Origin: Gemmatimonadaceae bacterium
GTDB taxonomy: Bacteria > Gemmatimonadota > Gemmatimonadetes > Gemmatimonadales > Gemmatimonadaceae
DNA length: 64,000 nt
Reading direction: 5' to 3'
Assembly (NCBI GenBank): GCA_045803545.1
Contig: JBJMOW010000004.1
Location: forward strand, 64,001-128,000
Under the pieces are notes generated by a model, which had not been told where the DNA came from, ran no database searches, and saw only the letters and a program-made list of their open reading frames with translations. This document shows, piece by piece, positions 39,247 to 49,434 of the stretch. The position numbers were made by a program, and so were the translations under genes. Numbering within the stretch: the stretch's first letter is position 1; every line of letters starts with the position of its first letter.

Positions 39247-39277
39247 AAAAAGGGGCGAGGTTGTTCGCCTCGCCCCT
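39247..39277 (-). terminator. Rho-independent terminator after the SGNH gene
   Basis: AGGGGCGAGG-loop-CCTCGCCCCT with a T-run on the minus strand. Confidence 0.75.
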
Positions 39278-39299
39278 CGGATACGATGTTAAACCGATA

Positions 39300-40586
39300 T
39301 CACGGACAAACCTGCGCCGGCGTCAAGACTGGTTGCGTGAGGCCAGGAATGGCAAACGAGTACGTCGAGTTCAAGGCAGCGGCAGCCGCGTTGGTCATCT
39401 CCTGATAGCCCGTTGAGTTGGGATGCACACCATCGAGACTCGTATACTGCCCGTAGGGGAGAGTGCACGTAAGCAATTTGCTGAGACTAAACGGTCCACG
39501 GGCCGCGACCCATTGCGCCCACACCGTGGCGAAGTCCACGTACGCCCATCCGTTCTGTTGTGCGACGGCCTGAATGTGGGTGTTCATTCCATCGATGACG
39601 GTGTTCACCGTCTGTACGTCCGCGGGCGTCAGAATAAAGTCCTGCTGACCAGGTTGGTCGGTGCAGCTGAAGTTCTGCGGCTGACCAGTTGCCTGCGCAG
39701 CGCCGACTGCGTTAATGACCTTGATCGGAACGAAAATCGAATTTGGACTGCCCTGACAATCCGGGTTGACGATCACACCAAAGGCCTGGAACTCGGCGCG
39801 ATCCTGATATAGCTCGTCACCAGTTCGTATCGACACGAATCCAGTCGTCTTCGGAACTCCGGCAAGCAATGCTTTGGCGCCGGTTTTCTTCACGCTGTCG
39901 ATCAGCTGGTCATAGACAGGCTGCCAGACAGTGTTTGGTACGAACGTGCCGGCCGCCGCTGCTCCGCGATATCCGGCCTTGGGGAACAGTAATCCCGATG
40001 CAACGCCCAGGACTTCGTTAGCACCTAGCTCCACGGACACCAGCGTCGGGTGCTGCTGCATCATCGCCGTCACCTGAGTCGTCTTCGGCGGTAGCACCAG
40101 ACGATACTGACGGCGACGTTTGACGCCTTCCACCGAGGCAGTCTCCGGTGTGACGTAAAGTGCGTCGTAGGTGTTCGCTCCATCGATCGCTACGTCGTTC
40201 GCCGGTAAAGTGATCGAGCCGAAAAGAGCGCACGTCGTGTCGGGAATGCTCTTCGTTTGATCTGAGCCGGTACCGCTCGCTGGAATCCCACTCAGGCGCC
40301 TGTTGAACTGCAACGGCGCAATGAGAGGGGAGAAGCAACCTGGCGGCGCCACCAGTGGTTGCGTGTACGAAGCAAAAGCCTGGTGAGCGAGAAGCGCGGT
40401 CCAATCGTGTTGCTGACTGAAGTAGACGACGCCGTCAGACTGGACTCCCATGCTGAGGCTGGTGCCGATCGCGACGTACTTGCTGAACGCTTCTTGTCCC
40501 GCCGGTCCCGTTGTCCTGTCCTCACTACAGGCGACAAGGGCTATAGATGCAAGTGCGATAGCGGAGAGAGACCACGTACGCTTCAT
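39300..40586 (-). CDS. SGNH/GDSL-like hydrolase lipoprotein
   Basis: Lipobox LVAC, GTSLS, GANE, DGVHP. Confidence 0.85.
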   Translation of the reverse strand: MKRTWSLSAIALASIALVACSEDRTTGPAGQEAFSKYVAIGTSLSMGVQSDGVVYFSQQHDWTALLAHQAFASYTQPLVAPPGCFSPLIAPLQFNRRLSGIPASGTGSDQTKSIPDTTCALFGSITLPANDVAIDGANTYDALYVTPETASVEGVKRRRQYRLVLPPKTTQVTAMMQQHPTLVSVELGANEVLGVASGLLFPKAGYRGAAAAGTFVPNTVWQPVYDQLIDSVKKTGAKALLAGVPKTTGFVSIRTGDELYQDRAEFQAFGVIVNPDCQGSPNSIFVPIKVINAVGAAQATGQPQNFSCTDQPGQQDFILTPADVQTVNTVIDGMNTHIQAVAQQNGWAYVDFATVWAQWVAARGPFSLSKLLTCTLPYGQYTSLDGVHPNSTGYQEMTNAAAAALNSTYSFAIPGLTQPVLTPAQVCP

Positions 40587-40654
40587 AACTCGTCCTTAAA
40601 GAATGGAAACAAAGACTGCGGTGGGGGCCGGAAACAGGCGGCTGATAATATCTG

Positions 40655-41743
40655 TCATGGCGTAAAGGCGCGCCACCCCAGCTTCCGGATGGCATCACCA
40701 TGTTCGTCCAGACGAGGCGGTGGCATTCGCACGTCTCCCGGCACGCTTGGTGGCACGCCCGTGAGAGCGTTCGATTTCGTACCAGTCAGCGCTTCTTGAA
40801 CGCTGCGCACCAATCCGCACGGGACGTTCGCAGAGGAGAGCCGATCGATCCAATGCCGCGCATTCTTCTCCCGCGTGCGCGCCTCGATCGCTCTCACCAA
40901 CCGCTCGCGGTTTGCGACGCGACCAGCGTTAGTCGATACCGCTGTGTCGGCGGCGATATCGGTCAACCCGAGCGCCTTTGCGCACTGCTGCCATTGCCCG
41001 TCGCTGCCAACGGCGATCACGAACGGACGATCCGCCGCTTCAAATAATTGGTAAGGAACCAGGTTGGGATGAGCATTGCCCCACCGCTTCGCATCCTCGC
41101 CCGACACAAGCACGTTCTGCGCGACATTCACCAGAGCGGCGACTGAGCTCGCCTCAAGAGAGATCACGATCTTCCTGCGCCAGTCTGCGAGTGTGCCCGC
41201 TGTCCGCTCGGCGATTGCAGCGATTATCGCGATGGCTGCGTCTTTCCCGGCAATCACATCCGCGAGAGCAACTCCGACTTTCATCGGCGGTCCGCCGGCC
41301 TCACCCGTAATCGACATCCAACCACTTTCCGCCTGGATCACGAAATCGTAGCCGGGCCGAGAGCTATCTTCGCCGAAGCCGGAGATTGTGCACCAGACGA
41401 GCGACGGGTTTCTCCGTAGCTGCTCATAGGAGTCGATGCCGAGCTTACGAAGTGCACCAGGCAGAAAATTCTCCACTACGACGTCGGCCTCCGCGATCAG
41501 GCCGAGCACCAGATCGCGATCCGACCGGGCCGACAAATCAGCAACGACACTTTTCTTGTTCCGATTTACGGAAAGGAAATAGGCGCTCTCGCCCGTTTGA
41601 TCGAAGGGCGGTCCCCAGCCGCGGGTCTCATCGCCGGATCCGGGACGCTCGACCTTGATGACATCTGCGCCCAAATCAGCGAGAATCATTGAGCAAAAAG
41701 GGCCTGCAAGGACTCGGCTCAAATCAACGACGCGAAGCTTCAA
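40655..41743 (-). CDS. CaiB/BaiF family III CoA-transferase
   Basis: DLSRVLAGP, NRNKKS, GYD. Confidence 0.93.
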   Translation of the reverse strand: MKLRVVDLSRVLAGPFCSMILADLGADVIKVERPGSGDETRGWGPPFDQTGESAYFLSVNRNKKSVVADLSARSDRDLVLGLIAEADVVVENFLPGALRKLGIDSYEQLRRNPSLVWCTISGFGEDSSRPGYDFVIQAESGWMSITGEAGGPPMKVGVALADVIAGKDAAIAIIAAIAERTAGTLADWRRKIVISLEASSVAALVNVAQNVLVSGEDAKRWGNAHPNLVPYQLFEAADRPFVIAVGSDGQWQQCAKALGLTDIAADTAVSTNAGRVANRERLVRAIEARTREKNARHWIDRLSSANVPCGLVRSVQEALTGTKSNALTGVPPSVPGDVRMPPPRLDEHGDAIRKLGWRAFTP

Positions 41744-41970
41744 TATTGCCTCAAGTTTCGGTATACTGGCGTCAATCTGTCGTTATTGAGTTCTTACTAG
41801 GTGGGATCTTGGCCGAAATCGGTGCAGCGAAAGCACTGCAACAGCCTACCTTGTTTTAGTGACGAAAAATCATATACTTAGCGCCGTTCAGCCCGGACGG
41901 GCATCGAACAAAACATCTGTGATTAGAGGCCGTCATCAGCACCACCCTTTCGCTGGACGGAGCCCATATA

Positions 41971-42675
41971 ATGATTGATAAGGACAAGACAGCTGTGGCC
42001 ACCACCGCTATCCCCGCTACCACCCCACCTGCCGCCCCTGCGGGCGCCGCATCGCCTACGGTCCCACCGCCGCCAAAGCGGAGTCCCGGCCACCGCGGAG
42101 CTGATGTAAAAGATACCGTCGCCGAGATGGCCGCGAAGGCGCAGGAAATCAGCATGGAGGCGGGCAGCAAGATGGCCGCAGCCATGAAGGACGTCATCGG
42201 AGCCGCTGCCGGACTCACTGGCTTCGTCATCGAGAGCGCGCGCGACCTTCTCCAGTACATGGTCCGTCGCGGGCAAATGACTCAGGAAGAAGCGGACAAG
42301 CTGATGCGCGAGGTCGAGGCGTCGCACGCCAAACGGAAGCCAACCACTCCGCCCGCCACCGCCAGTGTTCTGAGGCCGCCGCCGCGGGTTGAGCCCGTGC
42401 ACGCGCACGCTCAGGCCGCGCACGTTCACACTTCTCAAGCCCACACTTCGCACGCTCACACTCCTCAAGCGCACACTTCTCAAGCGCACACTTCGCACGC
42501 TCACACTTCGCATGCCGCTGCTCCGGTGCATCATGCAGCGCCAGCGAAGCATGCTGCGCCCGCCAAGCATGCACCGGCGAGAGGGGCTGTGAAAAAGCCG
42601 GCAGCAAAAGCCGCTGCGAAGAAGCACCCCGCGAAGGCTAAGCCGAAAGCCGCAGCCAAGGCGAAAAGAAGGTAG
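41971..42675 (+). CDS. Phasin/PhaF-like protein with His-rich repeats and histone H1-like tail
   Basis: MVRRGQMTQEEA helix, AHTSQ/AHTSH repeats, Ala/Lys/Pro-rich C-terminus. Confidence 0.6.
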   Translation: MIDKDKTAVATTAIPATTPPAAPAGAASPTVPPPPKRSPGHRGADVKDTVAEMAAKAQEISMEAGSKMAAAMKDVIGAAAGLTGFVIESARDLLQYMVRRGQMTQEEADKLMREVEASHAKRKPTTPPATASVLRPPPRVEPVHAHAQAAHVHTSQAHTSHAHTPQAHTSQAHTSHAHTSHAAAPVHHAAPAKHAAPAKHAPARGAVKKPAAKAAAKKHPAKAKPKAAAKAKRR

Positions 42676-42677
42676 GC

Positions 42678-43844
42678 GTGATGGTACCGCGTGGCGATGC
42701 AGTCGCGCTCGCCCGCGCCCTGATCAAAATCGATTCGAGAAATCCAACTCTCGTTCCTGATGCGCCGGGCGAGCGCGCTTGCGCGCTCATGCTCGCGTCG
42801 GTGCTCGACGAATGGGGCTTTGAAGTCGAGCTACAGGAAAAAGTGCCGGACCGTCCCAACGTCATCGCACGGATGGGCGCACGCGACGCGCCGGCGCTGA
42901 TGCTCAACGGTCACCTTGATGTGGTCGGCATCGAAGGCATGGTCCACGCTCCATTCACCGCCGACGTGCGCGACAATCGCATTTATGGTCGCGGGTCCGC
43001 CGATATGAAGGCTGGAATCGCGGCGATGTGTGCTGCCGCGCTCCGCGCAGCCGACTCCGCGTGTTCCCGCCAGATTGTAATCGCCGCTGTCGCGGATGAG
43101 GAATACGAGAGCCTGGGCATGCGCGCGTTGATCGACAGTGGGGTGCGCGCCGAAGCCGCGATCATTACCGAGCCGACGCGTCTTGCGATTTGTCCCGCGC
43201 ATCGCGGCTTCGTCTGGATCGATGTGGCGTTCCGTGGTCGCGCGGCGCACGGCAGCCGCTACGACATCGGGGTTGATGCCATCACCCACGCCGGGCTCGT
43301 GCTCGCAGAGCTCGAAAAACTCGAGCACACGAGAGAGCATGGCAGGCGTCATTCGTTACTGGGTCGGGGCTCGTTGCACGCGTCGATGATTCGCGGCGGT
43401 GTGGGTATGTCGACCTATCCCGAGGAGTGCGTGCTCTCGATCGAGCGACGTACACTGCCCGGCGAGACAGCCGACACCGCGATGAAAGAAATCGAGGAAG
43501 CGTGTGCAGCCGTGCGGGCCCGCGACTCACGTCTCGATGCGCGTATCACCCACACCACTTCGCAATTGCCAAGCGATGTCTCAACCGATGCGCGGATCGT
43601 CGGTTTGCTGAGGGGAGCGATGGAAAGCGAAGGAGTGCCGGTCAGCATCGAAGGAATGTCGGCGTGGACCGACGCCGCACTCCTCAACGCAGCTGGAATC
43701 CCCACGATCTGTTTCGGCCCCGGCGACATCGGTCTCGCTCACGCCGCCGAAGAATTCGTTCCGGTTTCCGAGATCGAGACGGCGACACGAGTATTGGCTC
43801 GCGTGGTGCGCGACTGGTGCGACTCGCTAACTTCTGTCGAGTAG
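42678..43844 (+). CDS. ArgE/DapE-family M20 deacylase
   Basis: NGHLDVV, GRGSADMK, DEE, AHAAEE. Confidence 0.92.
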   Translation: MMVPRGDAVALARALIKIDSRNPTLVPDAPGERACALMLASVLDEWGFEVELQEKVPDRPNVIARMGARDAPALMLNGHLDVVGIEGMVHAPFTADVRDNRIYGRGSADMKAGIAAMCAAALRAADSACSRQIVIAAVADEEYESLGMRALIDSGVRAEAAIITEPTRLAICPAHRGFVWIDVAFRGRAAHGSRYDIGVDAITHAGLVLAELEKLEHTREHGRRHSLLGRGSLHASMIRGGVGMSTYPEECVLSIERRTLPGETADTAMKEIEEACAAVRARDSRLDARITHTTSQLPSDVSTDARIVGLLRGAMESEGVPVSIEGMSAWTDAALLNAAGIPTICFGPGDIGLAHAAEEFVPVSEIETATRVLARVVRDWCDSLTSVE

Positions 43845-43871
43845 CGGGCGAAACCGAGAACCCGAAGCAGC

Positions 43872-44090
43872 ATGGCGCAGTGGACTCATAAGCAGTACGA
43901 CGCGCTCGAGCGCGCGATCTCGAGTGGCAAGCGGATCGCGGCGTATCGACGCGGAACGGAGTACGTCGTCGTTCCGACGCGTTTGCGCATGATCAGCGGC
44001 CGCGAAGCCGTCGAAGCGACTCATCCCACCACCGGCGACGAAATCACGCTCTACTTGGACGAGATGGACAGCTTCGAGGTCGTGCGTTGA
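43872..44090 (+). CDS. Small hypothetical protein
   Basis: Operonic position between the M20 gene and rnhA. Confidence 0.7.
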   Translation: MAQWTHKQYDALERAISSGKRIAAYRRGTEYVVVPTRLRMISGREAVEATHPTTGDEITLYLDEMDSFEVVR

Positions 44091-44716
44091 CCCGCACCGA
44101 AGCGAGAGCCGGGGATCTCGTTGCCATCTACGCCGATGAATCCTGCCTCGGCAACGGACGGGATGGCGAGAATCCCGGCGGAGCAGCAGGTGTCGTTGAG
44201 TGGCTCCATCCAAGGTCCCAGAAAGTCACACGCTACGACTACTGGATCTCCGAACCGGCGACAACCAACAATCGAATGGCTCTCCGCTCCGTCATTGAAG
44301 CATTTCGCGAGATCTCGCGACGAGGGAACGCCTATCGCGTCTTGTTCACCAGCGATTCGAAGTACATCGTCGATGGAATGGAGAAGTGGCTGCCGAGCTG
44401 GATTGCGCGCGGGTGGAAACGAAAGACCGGCAGCGTGGAGAATCTCTCACTGTGGAAAGAGGCAACCGCGGCGATCGACGCGCACGAAGTTCAGTGGCGT
44501 TGGGTACGCGGCCATGCCGGACATCCGCAGAATGAGTATGCGAACTTCCTTGCCACGCGCGCGGCGGCGGAACAATCCACCTCCGGCGGGTTACGTCAAT
44601 CCGGCTACGATGGGTGGTTGACGGAAAACGACGGTGGAAAACTGAAAATGAAAGATCCGTCTCCGTTCCCCGACCTTCAGTCGTTCAGGCCGACCAGGCG
44701 CGTATGGACGATCTAG
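44087..44716 (+). CDS. rnhA: Ribonuclease HI
   Basis: YADESCLGN, TTNNRM, SDSKY, WVRGHAG. Note the atypical residues in NRMAL and NEYAN. Confidence 0.85.
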   Translation: MTRTEARAGDLVAIYADESCLGNGRDGENPGGAAGVVEWLHPRSQKVTRYDYWISEPATTNNRMALRSVIEAFREISRRGNAYRVLFTSDSKYIVDGMEKWLPSWIARGWKRKTGSVENLSLWKEATAAIDAHEVQWRWVRGHAGHPQNEYANFLATRAAAEQSTSGGLRQSGYDGWLTENDGGKLKMKDPSPFPDLQSFRPTRRVWTI

Positions 44717-45300
44717 ACCGACTTTTTCAGCGTCTCGTTCACAACATCAGAAACGGCCACGCCGAATATCTCAGCGTTCCGTTTACGGTGCAGGAGCTGT
44801 ACGACACACTTGTGCCGTACCGGCATTATCGTCGCGACCTTGGCATCGAGACCAATCAGGACTACGAAGCGGCGGTGACGCGTTTGCTCGCCGGCGAGAA
44901 GGGCTATGTCCGCGCGGACAAATCGATGCAGGATCGGCTCAAGCAGGAGCTCGAATCTCCCCACGCTGATGTCGGTGCGTTCCGGGATTTCGCCGAAGCA
45001 CGCATCTCGCTGGCGCCCGAGGCAGTACAGAACCTGGGGGTATCCGTACCGACGCAGAACTCCGGCGGATACGCTGGCCAGGGAAACGGTAACGGTTCCG
45101 CGACGTCGTTCGGGCTGAGCGCCGTCGATCTCGCGGAAGGCTGCAAGTTCTGCGGCGGGACTCTGCCTGAGGGGCGCGCCGTCACCTATTGCCCGCATTG
45201 CGGACAGAATCTCGCCGCCAAGCATTGCGCAGGCTGCGGCGGCGAGCTCGATCCGCTTTGGAAGTTCTGCATCAACTGCGGCAAGAAAGCAAACTTCTAG
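44704..45300 (+). CDS. Double zinc-ribbon protein
   Basis: Four C-terminal CxxC motifs. Confidence 0.8.
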   Translation: MDDLDRLFQRLVHNIRNGHAEYLSVPFTVQELYDTLVPYRHYRRDLGIETNQDYEAAVTRLLAGEKGYVRADKSMQDRLKQELESPHADVGAFRDFAEARISLAPEAVQNLGVSVPTQNSGGYAGQGNGNGSATSFGLSAVDLAEGCKFCGGTLPEGRAVTYCPHCGQNLAAKHCAGCGGELDPLWKFCINCGKKANF

Positions 45301-45304
45301 CGCT

Positions 45305-46522
45305 ATGACACGAAATGGACCGGGAAGCAATGGTGACGGTGTGGTGTTTCTCTCCGCCGTCCGCACTCCGTTCGGTACTTTCGGCGGCAAGCTCAAGGAT
45401 TTCTCTCCGGTAGATCTCGCCGTTATCGCATCCAAGAATGCGATAGAGCGGGCTGGCGTGGATGCCGCGGACATCGATCAAAGCATCTTCGGTAACGTCC
45501 TCTACACCACGCGCGATTCGATTTACTTCGCGCGGCATGTCGGGCTCAAATCAGGACTTCGGCAGGAGAGCTCCGCGCTTACGGTCAATCGACTATGCGG
45601 GTCGGGTTTTCAGTCGGTAGTGAGCGGCGCGCAGGAAATTCTGTTCGGCGACGCGCAGATCTGTCTCGTCGGCGGCGCGGAGTCGATGTCTCAGGCCCCG
45701 CACGTAACCCGGGGACTGCGTTGGGGGACTCCCCTCGGCAAGTCGCCCACCCTGGAAGACACGTTGTGGGAAGGGCTCACCGACTCTTTTGTCGGACTCG
45801 GAATGGCGGAGACCGCGGAGAACCTCGCCGATAAGTACAAGCTCGATCGCGGCTGCGTCGATGAGTTCGCGCTGCGGTCCCAACAGCTCGCGAAGAACGC
45901 ATGGGACGAAGGAATCTTTCGCGATGAGGTCGTGCCGGTGCCGATCACGGATCTGAAGACCGGGAAAGTCGGGCAGCTCGCGAGCGACGAGCACATGCGG
46001 CCGGATACCACCGCCGAAAAGCTGGCAGCGCTAAAGCCTGTCTTTCGCAAAGGCGGCGTCGTCACCGCGGGTAATGCATCTGGAATCGGCGATGGTGCGG
46101 CGGCGATGCTCATCGCCAGCGAGAAGTTTGCGCGCGATCGCAAACTCAAGCCGCTCGGCCGGCTTATTTCGTGGGGCATTGCCGGTGTTGATCCATCGAT
46201 TATGGGAATCGGCCCCGTGCCCGCGTCCAAAGCGGCGTTGGCGAAGGCAGGATTGAGCATGGATGACATGGATCTGATCGAAGTCAACGAAGCGTTTGCC
46301 GCGCAGACGTGCGCCGTCGAGCGAGAGCTTTCATTGCCCCGTGAGCGGCTCAATGTGCACGGCGGCGCGATTGCTTTGAGCCACCCGCTCGGCGCGTCCG
46401 GCGCCAGGATAACGGCCCATCTACTGCATGCATTGCGTGCGCAAGGCAAACGGTACGGGCTGGGCACCGCCTGCATCGGCGGCGGTCAGGGAATCGCCGT
46501 GGTCATCGAATCCATTCAATAG
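45305..46522 (+). CDS. Acetyl-CoA C-acyltransferase (thiolase)
   Basis: NRLCGSG, NEAF, SHPLGASG, CIGGGQG. Confidence 0.95.
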   Translation: MTRNGPGSNGDGVVFLSAVRTPFGTFGGKLKDFSPVDLAVIASKNAIERAGVDAADIDQSIFGNVLYTTRDSIYFARHVGLKSGLRQESSALTVNRLCGSGFQSVVSGAQEILFGDAQICLVGGAESMSQAPHVTRGLRWGTPLGKSPTLEDTLWEGLTDSFVGLGMAETAENLADKYKLDRGCVDEFALRSQQLAKNAWDEGIFRDEVVPVPITDLKTGKVGQLASDEHMRPDTTAEKLAALKPVFRKGGVVTAGNASGIGDGAAAMLIASEKFARDRKLKPLGRLISWGIAGVDPSIMGIGPVPASKAALAKAGLSMDDMDLIEVNEAFAAQTCAVERELSLPRERLNVHGGAIALSHPLGASGARITAHLLHALRAQGKRYGLGTACIGGGQGIAVVIESIQ

Positions 46523-46553
46523 AACTGCACTGCGCGCAGAACTCGAGGAAAAA

Positions 46554-47666
46554 ATGAAGCGACTCATAAAATCATCCGCGATTACTGCGGCCGCATTGAC
46601 CGTCGCCGCTTGCGCAACGTCCACTGGGGGTGGCGGTGGTCCCTCAGGTGGCGGAGTGTCGCCGGATCAGACAACTACGCAACCCGGCATCGTCTGGGGC
46701 ATCAAGACCCGTGAGCACGTCGACCTCTGGTTGCACGGGTTTGCGCTGCTGCAGGAAGACACGACCTTCGTTCCGTTTTTCCGGCGCGGATACGGCACGG
46801 ACATGACAGTGCTGAAGAATCGCGCGAACGTAGTCACGCAGCTCGATGCCAATCGGGATCGACTCCGCCAGCGGTTGGCGACTAACCCGCAATTGATCAA
46901 CGCGCAGTTTGTGCCGCTTTCGTTCTCTTCGTGGAACGAGCTGACTCAGGTTGTGGATCTGTTCGTTCGCTCGAACGGAAACCCGCGCGCTGCGTCGTCA
47001 CAGGAGCAGGCCAGCGCGATCGCGTTTCTCGCGGCCTACTTTCCGACCGGCCCCGATCGCGACTGGCTGCGCCTGTTCGTGCAGTCGTTGAACGACGAGA
47101 GCACCCGGTTTTATCACTCTTATTGGCTGCAACAACAGGGTGAGCGCGCCAATGTGCTCGAGGTTGTCGATACGCTTTGGCAGCGGACGTACCGCCCGCG
47201 CTTCCAGCGCTTCCTCAGCAACACTCAGCAGGCAAACGGGACGATTCTGTTGTCGTTGCCGCTCGATGGTGAAGGCCGCTCGCTCACCAACGGCAAGCTC
47301 TCGAACACGATCACGGTCACGTTCCCCGACCGACCGAACGATGCGATGGACGCCATATACGTAATCGCGCACGAGGCGGTTGGTGCACTCGCCACCACGT
47401 CGGTGACCGACAACATCACACCGGAGCAGCGGCGTACCGGGCTGGGCGAGCGCTATCAGAGCAGCGCCGCAGTGCGCGCCGGGGCAATGCTGATCCAGCG
47501 CGCCGCGCCCGACGCGCTCGATGGCTACATGCGCTATTACCTGAAATCGGTCAATCGACCCGTGGGGTCAAACGTTGCCGCAACGTTTACGTCCACTTTC
47601 TCGATCCCCGACACTATCCGCGACGCACTCGGTCGACAACTGGATGTGGTCCTGGGAGGGATTTAA
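46554..47666 (+). CDS. Lipoprotein, unknown function
   Basis: MKR...VAAC lipobox. GAGG RBS. Confidence 0.8.
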   Translation: MKRLIKSSAITAAALTVAACATSTGGGGGPSGGGVSPDQTTTQPGIVWGIKTREHVDLWLHGFALLQEDTTFVPFFRRGYGTDMTVLKNRANVVTQLDANRDRLRQRLATNPQLINAQFVPLSFSSWNELTQVVDLFVRSNGNPRAASSQEQASAIAFLAAYFPTGPDRDWLRLFVQSLNDESTRFYHSYWLQQQGERANVLEVVDTLWQRTYRPRFQRFLSNTQQANGTILLSLPLDGEGRSLTNGKLSNTITVTFPDRPNDAMDAIYVIAHEAVGALATTSVTDNITPEQRRTGLGERYQSSAAVRAGAMLIQRAAPDALDGYMRYYLKSVNRPVGSNVAATFTSTFSIPDTIRDALGRQLDVVLGGI

Positions 47667-47680
47667 GCAGATAATTCTGC

Positions 47681-48535
47681 ATGGCCGATACCCAGGCTCC
47701 GCTGCCAGCGCCGGTTGGCGGTAAGCAAACACTGCTCGATCGACAGGCGCTGGAGCGCGTGCTCGCGCGCGCGGCGGAGCTGCAAGGGACTGCGGCAATT
47801 CCTGAGTCCAGCGATCTAATTAGCGAAACCCAGCTCCTCGAGATCGGCAAAGAGGTCGGGCTGAGCGCGGCGACCCTCAATCAGGCGTTGGCTGAGGAGC
47901 GCACGCGAATCAACGTCCCCGAGGAACGTGGCCTTATCGCTCAGATTGCGGGGGCCGGATACGCGACCGCGACCAGGACTGTGGCGGGTAACGCCCGCGA
48001 CATTCTCACAACTATAGATACGTGGATGGTGCGGGACGAATGCCTGCAGGTTCAACGTCGATTCGCCGACCGCATTACGTGGGAACCGCAGCGTGGGCTG
48101 TTCGGTAAGCTCCGCCGCACCGTCAACGTCACCGGCAAAGGCTTTTACCTGATGGATGCGGCGCAGGTATCAGCCACAGTGCTACCCGTCGACTCGTCGC
48201 GGGTCGTCGTGCGCCTCGACGCCGACATCCACCCGAGTCGTTCGAGACGCGTCGGAGCCAGCGGATTTGTTGGCGCGCTTGGCCTGGCGGTGTCGGGCCT
48301 GGTTGGTCTCGGTCTGATAATCGCCAACCTGCCGTTGCTGGTCGCCGCCGGCGCGACCGTGATACCAATTGCCGGATCCGGCATCGGAGCATACCAGATC
48401 GCCAAGTCGCATCGAAACATTCTTTCAAGCGTGCAGCTTGCGCTCGAGCAGGTCCTCGATCGACTCGAACACGGCGAGTTCACTCGCGCCGGATTGCTCG
48501 GCGCGCTCTCATCGCGCGCGCGACTTCCGCGCTAG
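47681..48535 (+). CDS. Hypothetical membrane protein
   Basis: Operonic long ORF with 2 TM helices. Confidence 0.75.
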   Translation: MADTQAPLPAPVGGKQTLLDRQALERVLARAAELQGTAAIPESSDLISETQLLEIGKEVGLSAATLNQALAEERTRINVPEERGLIAQIAGAGYATATRTVAGNARDILTTIDTWMVRDECLQVQRRFADRITWEPQRGLFGKLRRTVNVTGKGFYLMDAAQVSATVLPVDSSRVVVRLDADIHPSRSRRVGASGFVGALGLAVSGLVGLGLIIANLPLLVAAGATVIPIAGSGIGAYQIAKSHRNILSSVQLALEQVLDRLEHGEFTRAGLLGALSSRARLPR

Positions 48536-48546
48536 TCTATCAACCG

Positions 48547-49434
48547 ATGAAACGAATCGAAAGAGTGGCGGTGTTCGGAGGCGGCCTGATGGGGAGCGGC
48601 ATTGCCCAGGTCGCAGCCGCTGCCGGATTTCCAACGGTGGTGCGCGAAGTCACACGAGAGCTATGCGACAAGTCCCGCCAGTCGATAGAGAAAACCCTGG
48701 CGAAGGGCATCGAGCGCGGCAAGGTCACCGAACAGGAACGCGAGAAGACGCTGGCAAACCTCAAGTTCGAGACGGAACTGCGCGACTTCGCAGATGCTGA
48801 TGTCTTCATCGAAGCTGTGGTCGAAGACCTCGACGTCAAGAACTCGCTCTGGACTCAACTCGACGCGATCGCCAAGCCCGACGCCATCTTCGCCTCCAAT
48901 ACGTCGAGTCTCACCATCGTCGCAATGGCAGCGGCCAGCGGCCGGGCGGACCGGATGCTCGGACTCCATTTCTTTAATCCGGTGCCGCTGATGAAGCTGG
49001 TCGAAGTCGTACGGACCATCACCACCAGTGATGAAACCGAACAAACTGCCACTGAATTCGTGCGCGCACTTGGCAAAGAGCCGATTCGCGCCAAGGATAG
49101 CTCGGGTTTCATCGTCAACCGACTGTTGATTCCCTACATGCTCGACGCGATACGCGCGCTCGAGTCAGGCGTCGGAACGGTCGAGGACATCGACAAAGGC
49201 ATGCAGCTGGGAGCCGGTTACCCGATGGGACCATTCGTGCTGCTCGACTTCGTCGGTCTCGACACGGCTTACAAAATCGCCGAGATCATGTTCACCGAGT
49301 ATCGCGAACCGCGATTTGCACCGCCGCCCCTGCTCAAGCGAATGGTCCTGGCGGGAATGTTCGGCAAGAAATCCGGAAAGGGATTTTACGATTATTCGTC
49401 CACGCCTCCGCGCGTGAGCCCGCTTGGACTGTGA
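48547..49434 (+). CDS. 3-hydroxybutyryl/3-hydroxyacyl-CoA dehydrogenase
   Basis: GGGLMGSG, ASNTSS, HFFNP, GFIVNR, PMGP. Confidence 0.95.
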   Translation: MKRIERVAVFGGGLMGSGIAQVAAAAGFPTVVREVTRELCDKSRQSIEKTLAKGIERGKVTEQEREKTLANLKFETELRDFADADVFIEAVVEDLDVKNSLWTQLDAIAKPDAIFASNTSSLTIVAMAAASGRADRMLGLHFFNPVPLMKLVEVVRTITTSDETEQTATEFVRALGKEPIRAKDSSGFIVNRLLIPYMLDAIRALESGVGTVEDIDKGMQLGAGYPMGPFVLLDFVGLDTAYKIAEIMFTEYREPRFAPPPLLKRMVLAGMFGKKSGKGFYDYSSTPPRVSPLGL

